Shown: one piece after another, positions 10,124 through 19,586 of the stretch
Layout: each line of letters begins with the position of its first letter
Position numbering within the stretch: the stretch's first letter is position 1
Made by a program: the position numbers and the translations under genes
DNA from: Octopus sinensis
Taxonomy: Eukaryota
Assembly (NCBI RefSeq): GCF_006345805.1
Contig: NW_021823564.1
Location: forward strand, 1-22,178
Direction of reading: 5' to 3'
Length of the DNA stretch: 22,178 bases
The notes under the pieces: model-generated
What the model was told of the DNA's origin: nothing
Database searches by the model: none
The model's input: the letters and a program-made list of their open reading frames with translations, nothing else

Positions 10124-10225
10124 GTGCCATTTCCACAACGAACACTGCGGCAACACCACCGACACCACCGACACCACCACCACCACCACCACCACTACCG
10201 CCACCATCACAACAACAACACCACT
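9740..10225. repeat. GT/TA tract followed by (CTA)n, (CAT)n and (CAC)n array
   Basis: Seen directly. Confidence 0.95.
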
Positions 10226-10579
10226 AATCACCTACGTGATATATTTAACCCTCTTTTACTTCCACCGCCAACCTATCACAAAAATAATATTCTTCAGTGA
10301 AAATTGGCGTCAAATTGACCCCTAAAACGCCCCCTACTGCCCCTTTTCCCTCTACCATGATATTCACCATTCCTCGCCTCCTCTCTTTCTCTCTCTCTCT
10401 CTCCCTCTGATTGGAAATAGTTGATTCGTGTGTAACGGAGCATTATTTGATGTTTACGCCTGGCTGCGGCCGATTTCTATTTGCTTCTCAATGAGGCGGA
10501 CAGCATGGGTTTGCTGTTGCGGGAGATAGTTGTGCGCAGAGGCTGGCTGGGTTGTCTCCCTTGCCCACCTCACACCTCA

Positions 10580-10580
10580 A

Positions 10581-10612
<32 letters not shown>

Positions 10613-11643
10613 GTGTGCATGCGCACGCGTGTGCCTATCGATATATGCATACATAAACACATACATGTACATACACACACACATATATATGCAAAACTGA
10701 CATATGCATGCGCGGTCATACACAGACACATATGTGTGTGTATGTGTGTGTGTGTGTGTATTTATATACACATATATGTGTATATATATATATATATATA
10801 GATATATATATATATATATATGTGTGTATATAAATACACACACACACATACACACATATATGTGTGTATATATATATATACATATATATGTATGTATATA
10901 TATATATACATATATACACACACACATGTATGTGTATATACATATATACACATATGTATATATAAATCATAATTTATTTATGCATACGTCTGCATGCATA
11001 TATTTGCATATATATATATATATATATATATATGTTCTTGTGTGTGTGTGTATGTGTGTGTGTGCACGTTCATCAATACGAATATGTACACAAATATTGT
11101 TTTGAAGTGTATACGCACGCACAGGCAAACACACACACACACATATATATATACTCACGCATATGCACATATTCAGATGCACACGTATATATACACACAT
11201 ACATACACAGACTTTTAATTCAGTCAATATAGTGTAAAATCTGTTTCAGTATTTCAATGATAAGAAACAATGGGAGGGGTGGTGGGTTGATGGTGGTGAT
11301 GGTGGTGGTGGTGGTGGTGGTGGTGGTGGTGGAGTTGGGGATAGAGGTTATGAAGGTGGTGGCGATGTTGGTGGGGATAATGGCGAGGTAGCTGTGATGA
11401 GGGTGTGGTGTGCGTGGAATTGCTAGTGACGGTGATGGTGGTAGTGGTGGTGGTGTGTTTGGTGGCGATGGTAGTAGTGGCGGAGGTGGTGGTTTGATGG
11501 TGGTGTAATGGCGGTGGGGGTATCGCATTTGTGGAATTGTTTGTGATAATGGTTATAGTGGTAGTGGTGGTGGTTTTCGTGATAGTGCTGGAGAGTGTGC
11601 TGGTAGCGTTGGTAGTATCGGTGATGGTGATGGATATATATAT

Positions 11644-11685
<42 letters not shown>

Positions 11686-11695
11686 CACACACACA

Positions 11696-11742
<47 letters not shown>

Positions 11743-11778
11743 TATATATATATATATATATAGTATATAATAAATATA

Positions 11779-11812
<34 letters not shown>

Positions 11813-11820
11813 TATATATA
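10580..11820. repeat. Compound dinucleotide tracts and degenerate (GGT)n array (11270-11640)
   Basis: Seen directly. Confidence 0.95.
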
Positions 11821-11891
11821 TGTAGGTCCCGGGTGATTCGGGTTAACACAGTAAATAAGGTACTCAATACATAGCAGAGTAACATTATTTA

Positions 11892-11994
11892 TATATAGAA
11901 GGAGCTTCTACAGGACTAGAACTGTTTCATTCAAGAGAAATCTTCAGGACTTTGAATGAAACAGTTCTAGTCCTGTAGAAGCTCCTTCTATATA
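11892..11994. repeat. Perfect inverted repeat: 43-bp arms, 17-nt spacer
   Basis: 11892-11934 is the exact reverse complement of 11952-11994, checked base by base; spacer GAGAAATCTTCAGGACT. Confidence 0.97.
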
Positions 11995-12064
<70 letters not shown>

Positions 12065-12249
12065 CACAGAGGTGTGTGAGGGGGTCGGCGTATGCCTAAC
12101 ATGTGGTAGCGTTCTCAAAGAGGTCGGAGTTGAAGAACATGAAGACTACAAGAGCAATAACCAGTACTAAATAAAAAAAAACTATTACGAAATGAGGGAA
12201 TGGTTGGAGCATCGGATAGATTACACTGCGTTATTATTTCTGGAACCAG

Positions 12250-12465
12250 AGGGTCCCTTTAAATAGAGCAATAGCCTGGACGCTTACCAAAAACTGGAAT
12301 CCAAACTAGATGGAACTTGCATGCGAATAGTAATGGCAGTCTGAAACATGTCTTGGAGAACTCCAAGAAATAGGTTTATGGCAGCAGATCTCATGCTTGT
12401 TTCCACCAATATAGGAGAAAGGCGGTTGAGCTTTGTGAGACAATGCTGGCAAGCTAAACAAAAGC
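12250..12465 (+). mobile_element. Decayed RTE-type LINE fragment (region C-terminal to the reverse transcriptase core)
   Basis: From 12274, with one frameshift and one stop: AWTLTK-LESKLDGTCMRIVMAV*NMSWRTPRNRFMAADLMLVSTNIGERRLSFVRQCWQAK. Matches the RTE pattern WTLTKxLExxLDGxYTRMLR..SW..IRERRLRFAGHCWR. Confidence 0.8.
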
Positions 12466-12477
12466 AGACAGAGTGAC

Positions 12478-12611
12478 CTACTTCCGAACCACATAGTTCT
12501 GGGTTCAACTCCAATGATGGGCGTCTTGGACAAGCGCCTTCTACTATAGCCTCGGCCCCGACCAAAGCCTTGTGTGTGGATTTGGTGGACGGAAACTGAA
12601 AGAAGCCCGTC
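12478..12611 (+). mobile_element. SINE family A, head-half fragment
   Basis: CCACATAGTTCTGGGTTCAACTCC...GGAAACTGAAAGAAGCCCGTC, ending at a TA tract. Confidence 0.85.
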
Positions 12612-12644
12612 ATATATATATATATATAGACATATATGTATTCC

Positions 12645-12854
12645 TTTACTCTTTTACTTGTTTCAGTCATTTGACTGCGGCCATGCTGGAGCACCGCCTT
12701 TAGTCGAGCAAATCACCGTAGGACTTATTCTTTGTAAGCCTAGTATTTATTCTGCCGATCTCTTTTGCCGAACCGCTAAGTTACAGTGACGGAAACACAG
12801 CAGCATCGGTCGTCAAGCGATGTTGGGGGAGGGGGACAAACACAGTCACACAAT

Positions 12855-12906
<52 letters not shown>

Positions 12907-13054
12907 CGACGGGCTTCTTTCAGTTTCCGTCTTCCACTCACAAGGCTTTGGTCGGCCCGAGGCTATAGTAGAAGACACTTGCCCAAGGTGCCACGCAGTG
13001 GGACTGAACCCGGAACCATGTGGTTCGTAAGCAAGCTACTTACCACACAGCCAT
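12645..13054 (-). mobile_element. Full-length SINE family A
   Basis: Collinear with 3293-3689; internal (CA)n/(TA)n at about 12857-12906. Confidence 0.92.
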
Positions 13055-13149
13055 TCCTACGCCTATATAATATATCCATACATGTGTGTATATGTGTGTG
13101 CGTATATATATATATAATATATATACATGTGTGTGTGTGTATGTGTATC

Positions 13150-13310
13150 TGTGTTCGTTCCCCACCCCCTACATTGCTTTAAAACTGATGTGGGTGTGTT
13201 TACACTTCCGTAAGATAGCGTCTTGGCAAAAAAAAACTAATAAAATAAGTACCAGACTCTACAGAAAATAAACACTTGATGGATTCGCTCGACTAAATAA
13301 CGTCAAAGAT
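13150..13310 (+). mobile_element. Diverged SINE family A, tail-half fragment
   Basis: GATGTGGGTGTGTTTACAC...GGCAAAA...AATAAGTACCAG...TCGACTAAA aligns loosely with the 16790-16915 part of the plus-strand copy. Confidence 0.6.
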
Positions 13311-13549
13311 ATAGTCTGTGCCTCAAAATAAACAGTCCATAAGTACATCCATAGTCTTATGAGACATACAGTGGCCCTGGAAGGGGCAGATTTAAAGTTC
13401 TAACCAATTAACTATACTGGTCTACCTGTGGGACGGGAGATTTTGTGGCCAGGGTTGACATTTGAATCACATGTTCTGACCATCAAATGGATTTGCACGT
13501 ATTTCTTATGTCCTTCAGCCCTTGTTGTGATAGGAAGATCTGATATACG

Positions 13550-13630
13550 ACACTTGCCCAAGGTGTCATGCAATAGGATCGAACTGTGGGTATCATAATT
13601 ATAAAGTGAATTTCTTAACTATTCGGTCAC
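13550..13630 (-). mobile_element. Diverged SINE tRNA-head fragment
   Basis: GACACTTGCCCAAGGTGTCATGCAATAGGATCGAAC shares the CORE-like segment and a B-box-like GTTCGATCC on the minus strand. Confidence 0.6.
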
Positions 13631-13854
13631 GTTCGGTTTAGCATAGCAAATGAATGAATGGGGTTTATGTATCGATAAGGATTAATTAGAGGGGAAACCG
13701 GTGGGGAAGCAGAAATGGATAAAGATGAATTGAGAGTAGGGTGGAGATTGGATATAGATGGACTAAACATAATGGAACCATTGCTAGTCTAAAAAAAGTG
13801 GTAAATGCAATATGTGATAATGCATAAAGCAAGTGCTGATAAGGCATAGTGATT

Positions 13855-14015
13855 TAGGATAATGTATGATAGAAGTACCAATTGCTAAAAATGTATGATA
13901 ATGTATGATAGTGTATGGTAATGTATGATGATATATGACAGAAGTATTGATAATGTATGATAATGTATGAAAATGCATGATAACACGTGGTAATATATAA
14001 TAATGTATGAGAGAA
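13855..14015. repeat. Degenerate 10-bp minisatellite (ATAATGTATG)n
   Basis: Repeated GATAATGTAT units with variants. Confidence 0.8.
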
Positions 14016-14049
14016 GTAGCGATATAAATGGTATCTGTTTTCTATAATC

Positions 14050-14105
14050 GGCTGGCTCCCTCCCCGCAAAATTTCGGGCCTTGTACCTAGAATAGAAAAG
14101 GATAA
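14050..14105 (+). mobile_element. SINE family B, 3'-tail fragment
   Basis: AAAATTTCGGGCCTTGTACCTAGAATAGAAAAGGAT matches 4753-4788. Confidence 0.65.
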
Positions 14106-14314
14106 ATTATGACGTCGTTGTTGACAAGTGGCCAATTAACCAATCAGTGGTTCCCTGCCTGATTCTGTAGCATTAACCACAATATTGTTTACATTTCTAG
14201 AACTTATTCGGCATCATTTCGGGTTGGGTGCGAAAAAAAGAAAGAAAAAGAAGAAAAGACAATGATTTTTAATATGAAACACGAAAATCCTTCTAATATT
14301 TAGTTATAAAGATA

Positions 14315-14537
14315 TCTTTTATCTTTTGTTTCAGTCATTAGACAACGACCATGCTGGGGTACCGCCTTGAAGAATTTTTAGTCGACTGAATCGTCCCTAG
14401 TACTTATAATTCTTTAAAATCTGTACTTATTCTATCGATCTTCTTAGCCGAACCGCTAAGTCACGGGTGCGTAAATAAAACAACATCGGTTGTCAAGCGG
14501 TGGCGGGGAATAAACACAGACGCAAAGACACACACAC
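14315..14537 (-). mobile_element. SINE family A (variant subfamily), tail half
   Basis: TTGTTTCAGTCATTAG...CCATGCTGG...GCCGAACCGCTAAG...CGGTTGTCAAGCG; carries an extra TGAAGAATTT segment. Confidence 0.8.
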
Positions 14538-14664
14538 TCATCATCATCATCCCCAACAATATTAATAGATTGTCCAGAAAACTCCTTATAAGAACACTAC
14601 ATATATATGTGTCGCGTTAGTTGGAGTTACGATGTATAATATTTAAAGGACTATATCATATTCG

Positions 14665-14876
14665 TTTCAAATTTTGGCACAATGCCAGCAGTTTCGGGCG
14701 AGAGGATAAGTCGGTTTCATTGATGCCAGTACTCAACTGGAACTTATTTTGTCGACCCTGAATGGATGAAGGGTAAAATCGACCTCGGCGGCATTTGAAC
14801 TCAGAACCTACGGACGGACAAAATGCCGCTAAGCATTTTGTCCGGCATGCTAACTATTCTGTCAGCTCGCCGCGTT
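14665..14876 (-). mobile_element. Full-length SINE family B
   Basis: Minus-strand head GGCGAGCTGACAGAATAGTTAGC...GAGTTCAAATGCCGCCGAGGTCG through to the GTGCCAAAATTTGAAA tail. Confidence 0.88.
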
Positions 14877-15034
14877 AAAGGTTTTTATCATTTTATGTAT
14901 ATGTGTGTTGTTGTTGTCGCTTTTGTTTAACGCTAGGTCAACCCTGGTAGAGCAGATATATGATCATAGGCAATCCATCTGTGACAATCTTGTCTTTTCT
15001 AGGTACACAGTGCACTCAGAAACACATAATTCAT

Positions 15035-15490
15035 TTGTGGTGGTGGTGGTGGTGCTGCTGGTGCTGGTGCTGGTACTGGTGGTGGTGGAGACGGTAGTGG
15101 TGGTTGTAATGGTTTTTAAGAATGGTGCTAGTGATGTTCTTGCTGTTGTTGACGTTACTGTCATTATTGGGGATAAAAGTGGGATTATGTTGGTGATGAT
15201 GTTGTTTCCAGTGGTGGTGGTGATGACGATGGCGGTGGTAGTGTTGTTGATGATGATGATGATGTTTGCTTAAATTAGTGGTGGTGACGGCGGTGATGGA
15301 GTTAGAGTTAGTCAATTGCTGTGAGATTTGATTTATCACACACGCACACGCGCACACACACGCGCAAATACATACATATACAAATAAGTACACACACTTA
15401 CGCACACATACGTACACGCAAACATACGCATACATACACGCAAGCATTCACACACACGCTCACACATACACACGCATACACATACACACG
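15035..15490. repeat. Degenerate (GGT/GAT)n array and (CA)n tract
   Basis: Seen directly. Confidence 0.9.
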
Positions 15491-15726
15491 CTGATTGGTT
15501 GTGATATTGTTATTACATGTGGCTGAGCAAGATAAATAAACCAATGAACGCTGATTGTCTCCCCCTCTTTACCCCCTCGACATCCTCCTCCCCAACTCCT
15601 CCCTCCCCCACCCCTTCCCTCCGCCCCCACCCCGCTCACCCTCACCTCTCTCATCTCAATCAGTAAGGTGAAACATTTAGTCGTTTCCTTCAAGACCAAT
15701 GAACCGTATCAAACAGTTTCACTGAA

Positions 15727-15751
15727 TCACCACTAGAGGGCGCCTATAAAA
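15727..15751 (+). promoter_or_regulatory. CTCF-consensus motif directly followed by TATAAAA
   Basis: CCACTAGAGGGCGC at 15730-15743 matches the CTCF core CCASYAGRKGGCRS; TATAAAA at 15745-15751. Motif match only. Confidence 0.55.
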
Positions 15752-16085
15752 CACACTTTAAACATTATCGTCTTCTCCTTTCTTCCTTTTCTTCTTTCCT
15801 TTTTCTTTCCTTCTTGCTTTTATTTCTTTCTTTCCTTTCTTTCCTTCTGTCTTCAATGTTTTGTTCTTTTTCTTTAATTCTTCCTTCTTCGTTGTCATTC
15901 TCCATCTTCGTTCTTTAACCCTTTCTGTGCTCGTCCAGCAGACAGACTTAACTAATGAGCAAATGCGTTCCACTCATGACCACTTCGTCATATGCTCAGA
16001 AATGGTATATTTAAGACTACATTAAACCTATGTGTACCTCCCCTTTCAAAACAACTAGGAATGATCCGGATGCTGTTTCTAACCG

Positions 16086-16115
16086 GTCACGTGACTAGAT
16101 GTTCTCCCATTGGCT
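16086..16115. promoter_or_regulatory. Palindromic E-box GTCACGTGAC (USF/MiT-TFE type) plus reverse CCAAT box
   Basis: GTCACGTGAC at 16086-16095; CCCATTGGCT at 16106-16115, i.e. AGCCAATGGG on the minus strand. Confidence 0.4.
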
Positions 16116-16591
16116 AAATGTGGACTGCCGTCTAAAGTTATAGGTACGTATAATGGGCAGTTATTCCAGAGGTTAGAGGCACCACGGGTTTAAGGGTCAA
16201 ATGTTAATATATGTGTTTTGCTATACCCAGGAGACTCCTTCGGTGTAAGTGCCCAATACTAACATATATGCAGAGTCCATACTGAATTGCTTTGCCCAGG
16301 GCTCTATGATACCGTGAAGGTGGCCCTGAATAAAGCCGAATTTGATACAGAAGTGAAATTGAATACTATGAAAATTTAACTCCGAGTAAGTACCTCTCCC
16401 ATACACATACACACACACACAGAGCCTTCCCCGACTCTCTCTCCCCTATCTCCCACTCTTTCTCCTCCTCCTCCTCCTCCTCTCTCTCTCCCTCACTGTA
16501 TTGTTGAGGACTGAATCTGTATCGAGATTATGATTATAAGCGGGGTTTCTTGTTGAATGACAACCTTCCGAGAGAATCTATCCAATAGATA

Positions 16592-16985
16592 GGTGCAGTA
16601 GTGGCTGTGTGGTAAGTAGCTTGCTTCCAAACCACATGGTTCTAGGTTCAGTCTCACTGCGTGACACTTTGCGTAAGTGTCTTCTACTTTGGCTTCGGGC
16701 CGACCAAAGCCTTGTGAGAGGATTTGGCAGGCAGAAACTGAAATAAGCCCGTCGTGTATGTGCATGATTGTGTGTCTGTCCCCCACTCCACCATCGCTTG
16801 ACAACCGATGTTGGTGTGTTTACGTCTCTGTAACTTAGCGGCTCGGCAAAAGAGAACGATAGAATAGCTACTAGGCTTACAAAGAATAAGTTCTGGAGTC
16901 GATTTCTTCGACTAAAACTGTTCAAGGCGGTGCTCCAGCATGGCCGCAATCAACAGACCGAAACAAGTCAACGAATAAAAGAATG
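16592..16985 (+). mobile_element. Full-length SINE family A with minimal internal microsatellite
   Basis: AGTGGCTGTGTGGTAAGTAGC...GGTTCAGTCTC...GAAACAAG...AATAAAAGAAT. Confidence 0.9.
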
Positions 16986-17129
16986 CAGTAGCCACCTCAT
17001 GTGATACTGAAAAGCAGGGAGTAGGGAGTATTTGTGACTTGTGGAGGAGTACTGCTTAACTGAAAGGGTTTCAAATGATGGCTCATAGTTTCATGACAGC
17101 TAGCTCCGAACCCATCTTCAACTTTCCAA

Positions 17130-17205
17130 CTTTCTGCACTCTAAGTTCAAATCCCGCCAATGTCAACTTTTTCGATCGCCCTTTTGGGGACGATAAAAAG
17201 ATACT
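17130..17205 (+). mobile_element. Highly diverged SINE family B fragment
   Basis: CTCTAAGTTCAAATCCCGCCAATGTCAACTTT...GGGGACGATAAAA. Confidence 0.5.
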
Positions 17206-17632
17206 AATCCAAGAGGTAGTGGATTGGTAAAACTGTAAGAACGCAATGGGGGTCCACCAGAATGAAATAATAATCAAAGTGATCCATGGATAAAAAAAAT
17301 GGTTGGGGACCTCTATTCTATATGGACATGAAGGCATACGTTCTGAGTGTCTATTATGAAGTGGTGGCTTTGCAAATAGAATGTAGAAATTTTCAGCCGT
17401 GCAAAGTTAGCATGGTTTCTATATAGTTTATAGCCTCCTTCTTTGCAGAGCCTATATGAATTTAGAAAGTGATGTTTTATTACTTTTATTCTAGTTGCAG
17501 AACGTGCAGTTATACTGATTGTAAGTACATTTGAAAAATATGTGAATAAAACCTCAGTTGCTATGATATGTTGTTCGTTATACAATAACTCGAAGAAAAT
17601 GTAGATTGTATCACGTGACGATTATCGTTTAA

Positions 17633-17890
17633 TCTTTTTCTTGTTTCAGTCATTAGTCTGTGGCCATGCTGGAATACCGCCTGAAGGAATTATAGTCGGA
17701 CGAATTGACGCCAGTACTTTTTAAAGCCTGGTATTTATTCTATCGGACGTCTTTGCCGAGCCGCTAGGTTACTAGGATTTAAGCACACCAACACCGGTTT
17801 TCAAGCGGTGGTGAGAGACAAACGCGCGAGCGCACACACACACACAAACACTCACACACACACAAACACACACAAAGACACACATATATA
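17633..17890 (-). mobile_element. SINE family A (variant), tail half ending in (CA)n
   Basis: TTGTTTCAGTCATTAG...GGCCATGCTGG...GCCGAGCCGCTAGG...TCAAGCGG. Confidence 0.8.
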
Positions 17891-18070
17891 TTGGACTGGA
17901 TTGGCTTGCCTATGTTCAGTCCACTGCAGGACGAAGGCCACAGCATGTTCTCTCCACCAACCACGGTCTGATGTGGAAATTGTGAATCTGAAGTTGAGAT
18001 CATACAGATTTGGTGAGCCTACTTGGCCACACAGGCTCAAAATGGCTTAGCAGCAGGATGCAGGATTATT

Positions 18071-18213
18071 GAGTCGATTACATTGACCCCAGTGTTCAAC
18101 TAGTACTTACTTTATCGACCCCGAAAGAATAAAAGGTGAAATCGAACCATGGTGGAATTTGAACTCAGAACGAAAGACAGACGAAATGCCTACAGCTAAG
18201 CATTTCGCCCGGC
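18071..18213 (-). mobile_element. SINE family B, internal portion
   Basis: GTCGATTACATTGACCCCAG...ATCGACCCCGAAAG...GAATTTGAACTCAGAACG...CTAAGCATTTCGCCCGGC. Confidence 0.85.
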
Positions 18214-18352
18214 CTCTTTCAGTTTCCGTCTACCAAATCCACTTACAAGACTTTAGTCGGGCTGAAGTAGAAGATACTAGCCCAAGGTGTCACGCAGTGG
18301 GACTGAACCCGGAACCAAGTGGGTGGGAAGCAAACCTCTTACCACACAACCA
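18214..18352 (-). mobile_element. SINE family A, head half
   Basis: CTTTCAGTTTCCGTCTACCAAATCC...GGGACTGAACCCGGAACC...TTACCACAC. Confidence 0.85.
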
Positions 18353-18427
18353 CGCTAAAATGTGATCACAAGCCGGCAATATATGAATGGCAAGTTCTAT
18401 TCTTTAACGCTTCGTTTAATTAATTAT

Positions 18428-18660
18428 TCATTTACTTGTTTCAGTCATTTGACTGCGGCCATGCTGGAGCACCACCTTTAGTCGTACAAATCGACCCCAG
18501 GACTTATTCTTTGTAAACCTAGTACTTATTATATTGGTCCTTTTGCCGAACCGCTGAGTTACGGGGAGGTAAACACACCAACATCAGTTGTCAAACAGAC
18601 ACACAAACACACACACACACACACACACATACACACACACACACACATATGTATATATAT
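18428..18660 (-). mobile_element. SINE family A, tail half
   Basis: Near-consensus TTACTTGTTTCAGTCATTTGACTGCGGCCATGCTGGAGCACC...GTTGTCAAAC, then CA/TA tract. Confidence 0.9.
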
Positions 18661-18758
18661 ATATAATAACAAATTAATAAATAAAACATATGCATATATA
18701 CATACATATATGTACGTACCTACCTCTACATATATATATACAAGCATATACAGGTATA

Positions 18759-19232
18759 GGACACCTAAAAAAACGTCGAACACAATGAGGAGCAAAAACA
18801 TATACACAAAACCAAGGAAATGGACATTTTTCTTAAACAACGAAAAAATAGAGTACAAGACATACAACACATGGAAAATTCCCCTTCTTCAGCCGCCTAT
18901 GTTTCATCTACTCCACGTTTCGAAGGTAAAGGCGAGACACAACTTCGTTGAAACAATCCTTCCAGCAAAAGCAGATTAAATAAAATTTGCGATTTTTTTG
19001 CGGAGGGGTAAAAATGGTAACAAAAACAGGACAGTAAAGACAGTACAAAATATAAACAGTAAAAGACAGGACAATGAGAATGACAGTAACACAAACATGG
19101 AAGATAGATAGATAGATATCAGCCGAAATTGCGAGGATGATCCGGCTCAAGATTAAAGGCTTCGAATGACCCGTCAGTGTTTTTTGTATCGTCTATTTGA
19201 ATGTTTTGCGTTTTTGTTCCATTTTGTATTTT
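18759..19232. mobile_element. Composite insert: repeat X (+, 18759-18926 and continuation) and repeat Y (-, about 19115-19232)
   Basis: Both segments have homologues at 4305-4565. Confidence 0.6.
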
Positions 19233-19236
19233 ATAT

Positions 19237-19274
<38 letters not shown>

Positions 19275-19276
<2 letters not shown>

Positions 19277-19421
19277 GACGGGGTTCATTCAGTTTCCGTC
19301 TACGAAATCCACTCTCAAGGCTCTTGTCGACCCGAGGCTATAGTAGAAGACACTTGCCCAAAGTGGAACTGAACCCGGAACCTTGTGGTTGGGAAGCAAG
19401 CTTGTTACCACACAGCCACTC
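19275..19421 (-). mobile_element. SINE family A, head half
   Basis: ACGACGGGGTTCATTCAGTTTCCGTC...ACTGAACCCGGAACC...CCACACAGCCACT. Confidence 0.88.
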
Positions 19422-19586
19422 TTGTGCCTATATTAATTAATTATATTAATTCTTTATGTTTAAGTTATCGCCGTTAATGTCCACATGTTTCATCCAAGAG
19501 CTTCCTTAATTCTTGATGCTGTGAACATCTTTCGTCCAATCAATGTTAAAAGTCTCTTTGACAACGCACGAATCTTAATGTGGTCT

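Noticed and set aside
10245-10260. piggyBac-like TTAACCCT end
   Set aside because: No partner end and no similarity to the MITE at 19587-20076 beyond 8 nt.
13855-14015. CRISPR-like array
   Set aside because: 10-bp degenerate tandem units without unique spacers, in eukaryotic context.
15758-15973. Lys-rich 71-aa ORF resembling an NLS-bearing basic protein
   Set aside because: Antisense reading of a CT-rich low-complexity tract.
16290-16378. Protein-looking stretch LLCPGLYDTVKVALNKAEFDTEVKLNTMKI* followed by gtaagt
   Set aside because: The stop precedes the donor, no homology recognised, and the length is within chance expectation.
16592-16670. tRNA gene
   Set aside because: A/B-box-like motifs belong to a SINE head and continue into the SINE body; the same applies to the other heads.
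17895-17962. Possible RTE-type 3'-end fragment (CAGTCCACTGCAGGACGAAGGCC)
   Set aside because: Resemblance from memory only, too short, and no second copy in the window.
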